64,000 bases of DNA from Takakia lepidozioides (taxonomy: Eukaryota > Plantae > Bryophyta), in assembly GCA_030704615.1 (NCBI GenBank), contig CM060732.1:22568001-22632000 (forward strand). Direction: 5' to 3'. A program made the position numbers and the translations under genes. Positions 60,720-64,000 of this stretch are shown here, piece after piece. Every line of letters starts with the position of its first letter. Position 1 is the stretch's first letter. The notes below the pieces were generated by a model, which did not search any database, was not told the DNA's origin, and was given only the letters and a program-made list of their open reading frames with translations.

Positions 60720-63336
60720 TTACTCACAGGCAAAGTCGGAGTCCAGCTCCTTGTCGGAAGTCTCCTCTGTATGAATATCAGCGGGACGGGGCTTCGGAAG
60801 GACTTGAGAAGTGTGTCCACCCAAACCCATCAGGAGGTTCTTGTAAATCTCAGCATCCCCTTCAATCCCAAAGAGATGTCGCGCACTGGCCTTGCAAGCG
60901 TGGTACGAAGCACCTGCAGTGGAATAGAATGAAGGAAGCAGACATTGAAGACACATTTGGAACGGTGGGAAGTGCTGAAAGTGCAAGCTCAATCAAACCT
61001 CATGAAATGTGAATGTTGAAGAGACGAACCTGTGCCCATTGACAAATCCAGAACTCTGGCGTCTGTGTAGGTGCAGCACTCCACAATCGTTTGAATGAAA
61101 GCCGGGCTCCTCTCCCTCGCCCCTCTCCAAGGAACCCCATTCCCCCTTTGCAAGCACACGTTGCTGTCGACGTAGTTGTGGTGCATGTCATCCGTGGGAG
61201 GATCTGTCCTGTCGTCTATGAACTTGCCCCCATGAGTGATGGCGAACTCCGCAATGCCGGCCGGAGTCGTTGGTGGATGCACTCGGACGAGACAAATAGC
61301 TTCAAACAAACGAGTCTGCGAACAGAACATCCACAAGGAACTAAGAAGCTTCAAAATCAGGCCCCTACATATGAGTTCGAGCGACCTATACAACTCCATC
61401 CGAGAACCACCAAGAAGAGGAAGAAGAAGGCAAATTTACCATCTCTCCCGGACGATCCCCCTTCGTAAGGTACATGCTGTTCACACAATTCCATGTCTTC
61501 ACGACTCTCATGCCCGAGGCTTTCAAATAGCTGGCAAGTGCACGGCGACAGCGAACGTCGATGGACTGGATGAGCACCAAAACACCTGCATCGGACAGGA
61601 AAAAATTGCAAAAAGAGAAAACCCACCACCAGTAGTGCTCATCAAAAGCATTCCAACCCGGACAAGCACCCGATGGAGGGACATCCGGGACTGCCAACCC
61701 ATCAGGGATGTCCAAGATGATGAGTTTGGCTGCATATGGCTTCTCCTTCCCGATCACCCAGGATTTGGTCATTTTAGCCTGCAAACAAAATTACAATGGA
61801 ATACTCAAGAGGTTGAAACGATCCATGCCCACAGCAGAGAAGAAGCAAAAGAGAACACGCACCGTGCCGAGGAACTCCACAATCCTCTCCCACACTGGTG
61901 ATGGCTCGCCCTTGAAATCAGATTTCTTGGACTCCATCATGGCAAGGAACCCGACTTTGGCCATCTCCAACCTGATAGGGCGAATGACCCTCGTGGGATG
62001 TTCCATTGCATGGTACGGGTCCTTGGGATCAACCACCCCCTTGTTCTTTCTCACGGATCCCCTACCATGCGGTGGAGTCTGCTGGACATGCACCACTGGG
62101 CCAATATCTGCAACACTTGGCTTGTCTGGCTTGTTATAATGGTTTTTTTTATCTCCAGGAGAAACTGCGATCCGAATGATGGGTCGGCAATTCTCAACTG
62201 CTTCACAAAAGCACTCATTATAGTCCTTCTTGTAGCGGTCATCTCTTTCTTGATGTGACTCTCAACCCCCTTTGCTGTCCTTCTCTCCTCAGGGTTGAGC
62301 TGTAGTATTCCAGTTTGCCACGCTCCCCTGCATCTGCAATGTCTTGCTGCAAGGGAATGCACGAGAGTTGCATCAACCCAAGGTCAAGGGAAACAAACAG
62401 AAACAAACATGTGGAAGCAGGAATATGGAAAGGCCAGATGAAGGAAGATGTATCTCACCGTGTACATGTACTCCATGAAAGCCTCACGGGTCAACGAGTA
62501 CCACGTTTCCGATGTCTTGGAGCTTTCGCACTTCTTGTACGTCTTTGCTGAAAGGATGGTCTTGAAGTTGGTCAAGGGCATCTGCCCGATCCTTTGTATC
62601 CTATACAGTGTGTGAACAAGACTCGTTTTGACATGCGATGTCTCCGTCCCTCTGCAGAATGATATCTGAAAGTCAGAATGAAATTCAAGGACTTGAATCA
62701 AAGAACCACGGAACCACAAGTGGAACATGTAGAATGAGAAACCAACCTGTTCACATCATTCATTGCCGTCAGAAGACCCATCATGTTCCCGTCACAATCC
62801 AGCACCATCGATCGAACAGAGTAATGCCACTCTTCCTCCTGTGAGTGCAGCCTCCCAATGACAGCCATCCATGCAAGCAACCGGTGGTTGCCATCCTAAA
62901 CGTGAAACATCTTCCCTGAGAATGCCCGGGTGGAAGGTTTCGTGGAGAGAAGAAGTTCGAAGGATTCGTTCACCTGTCTCCAAATGGGATCCCAGGAGTC
63001 CACGATTGACTCATCCACAAGGAGCTCATTGCCTCTGGAATCCTTTGTAGAAAGGTAAAAGACTGCGGATCCATCCAAATACCCATGAACAAACTCGGCC
63101 TCCAGCTTGAGAATGTCCTTGATGAGGGGTGGACGAACGACGGGCATGGAAACCAACCTACACAGGGGAATCTTCAACCTCCCACCCGGGGCAAGCATAC
63201 TTTGCACCACAAGCTGAGAGTTTACCTTCTGACCCCCCAGCATCTCAGCGGCTTTGCTTTCATAGAACTCATCGTCAACATCAACAATGATCTCCTTCCC
63301 CTGCCCCGAAGGGATCTCCTCCGCCACACTTTGCAT
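60720..63336 (-). pseudogene. Multi-exon ParB-like domain + beta-class amino (N4C/N6A) DNA methyltransferase gene
   Basis: FHV*DGNHR (ParB/Srx DGxHR; likely TGG>TAG at 62896-62898). Motif IV-like LIILDIPDG (DIPD at 61712-61701), LSDAGVL, RERSPAFIQTIVECCT...VLDLSMGTG|ASYHACKASARHLFGIEGD (motif X-I-II). GT-AG introns at 62652-62746, 62328-62458, 61779-61862, 61316-61439 and 60914-61029. Confidence 0.78.
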
Positions 63337-63449
63337 CTTCTCCTGCAGGGTTGTTCATTCAAATTGTTATAAGAGAGAGGCATGAAACGATGGTGTTTGA
63401 GCATGGCAGACAGGCCATGTGTGGCCAAATTTCTCACCAGAAAACAAGC

Positions 63450-64000
63450 ATTGTGGGGGCCGAAAACACCGTGCGTTGCCGCACAATGTTTCAGCTTCCA
63501 AATTCAAGTGTTTTGAACATGATATTTGGCCCTATTCAGATGAAAAAAGCAATGACAAGGTGGGCTCAAACAGTGTGCGTTGACGCACACTGTTTGAGCT
63601 GCCTGGTAAGTGTGCATTGAACCTCAAAGACATGCCCCATGATGCTGAATTTCACAAGAAAAAAACAATGACAAGGTGGACTCAAACAGTGTGCGTTGAC
63701 GCACACTGTTTGAGCTGCCACGTAAGTGTTCATTGAACCTCAAAGACATGCCCTCAGTGGCCGATTTTCAGATTAAAAAAAGAAAGAAAAGGTGAGCTCA
63801 AATAGTGTGCGTTGACGCACACTGTTTGAGCTGCCAGGTAAGTGTTCCTTGATCCTCACAGACGTACCCTGTGTTGCCGAAAATCACAGGAAAAAAAACA
63901 ATGACAAGGTGGGCTCAAACAGTGTGCGTTGACGCACACTGTTTGAGCTGCCAGGTAAGTGATGATTGATCCTCAAATACATACCCTATGTGGCCGATTT
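63450..64000. repeat. ~116-bp tandem array, each unit with the palindrome GCTCAAACAGTGTGCGT-TG-ACGCACACTGTTTGAGC
   Basis: Palindromes start near 63564, 63680, 63796 and 63913 (copies 1 and 4 perfect, 2 and 3 with one mismatch); a degenerate copy lies near 63460. Confidence 0.92.

Larger units (their letters stand above)
42838..64000 (-). mobile_element. Giant Mutator-like DNA transposon (right end beyond the window) with repeat arrays, transposase and methyltransferase cargo
   Basis: Abrupt break of the copia RT at ~42838. GTGAGCCCAGG motif clusters at 42852-42916 and 59667-59712. GTGTGCGTTGACGCAC core at ~54965-54980 and in the 63564+ array. Contains a MULE transposase. Boundaries are inferred. 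Confidence 0.6.

Noticed and set aside
63450-64000. CRISPR array (36-bp palindromic repeat)
   Set aside because: The ~80-bp intervening sequences are homologous to each other, so this is a tandem repeat.

Overview
Eukaryotic, transposon-dominated plant genomic DNA. A bryophyte is likely, probably a liverwort; this is inferred from the type III PKS sequence, the Tcn1/Tf1-like chromovirus and the PLS-PPR fragments. Host genes: an intact two-exon non-CHS type III polyketide synthase (6111-7794, stilbenecarboxylate/bibenzyl-synthase-like), a PKS 3' remnant (1041-1325), and a family-1 UDP-glycosyltransferase (31186-35038) whose last exon is split by a LINE. The rest is nested mobile DNA: copia and gypsy elements, LINEs, TA-flanked MITEs, a Harbinger-like fragment and large repeat-array elements. 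Highlights: (1) a 10.4-kb Ty3/gypsy (44004-54389) with a complete C5-cytosine DNA methyltransferase domain between protease and RT, an integrase-fused PHD finger and no matching LTR pair; (2) the giant Mutator-like element it sits in (about 42838 to beyond 64000), which has a GCM-MULE-SWIM transposase, an intron-containing ParB-like + beta-class amino-DNA-methyltransferase gene and an array of near-perfect 36-bp palindromes; (3) a self-priming chromovirus with an exact 11-nt Tf1-type primer; (4) a 144-bp LTR containing a full tRNA cloverleaf; (5) a LINE whose AG|GT-containing TSD could let it splice out of the UGT exactly. All calls come from reading the sequence by eye; no searches were run.
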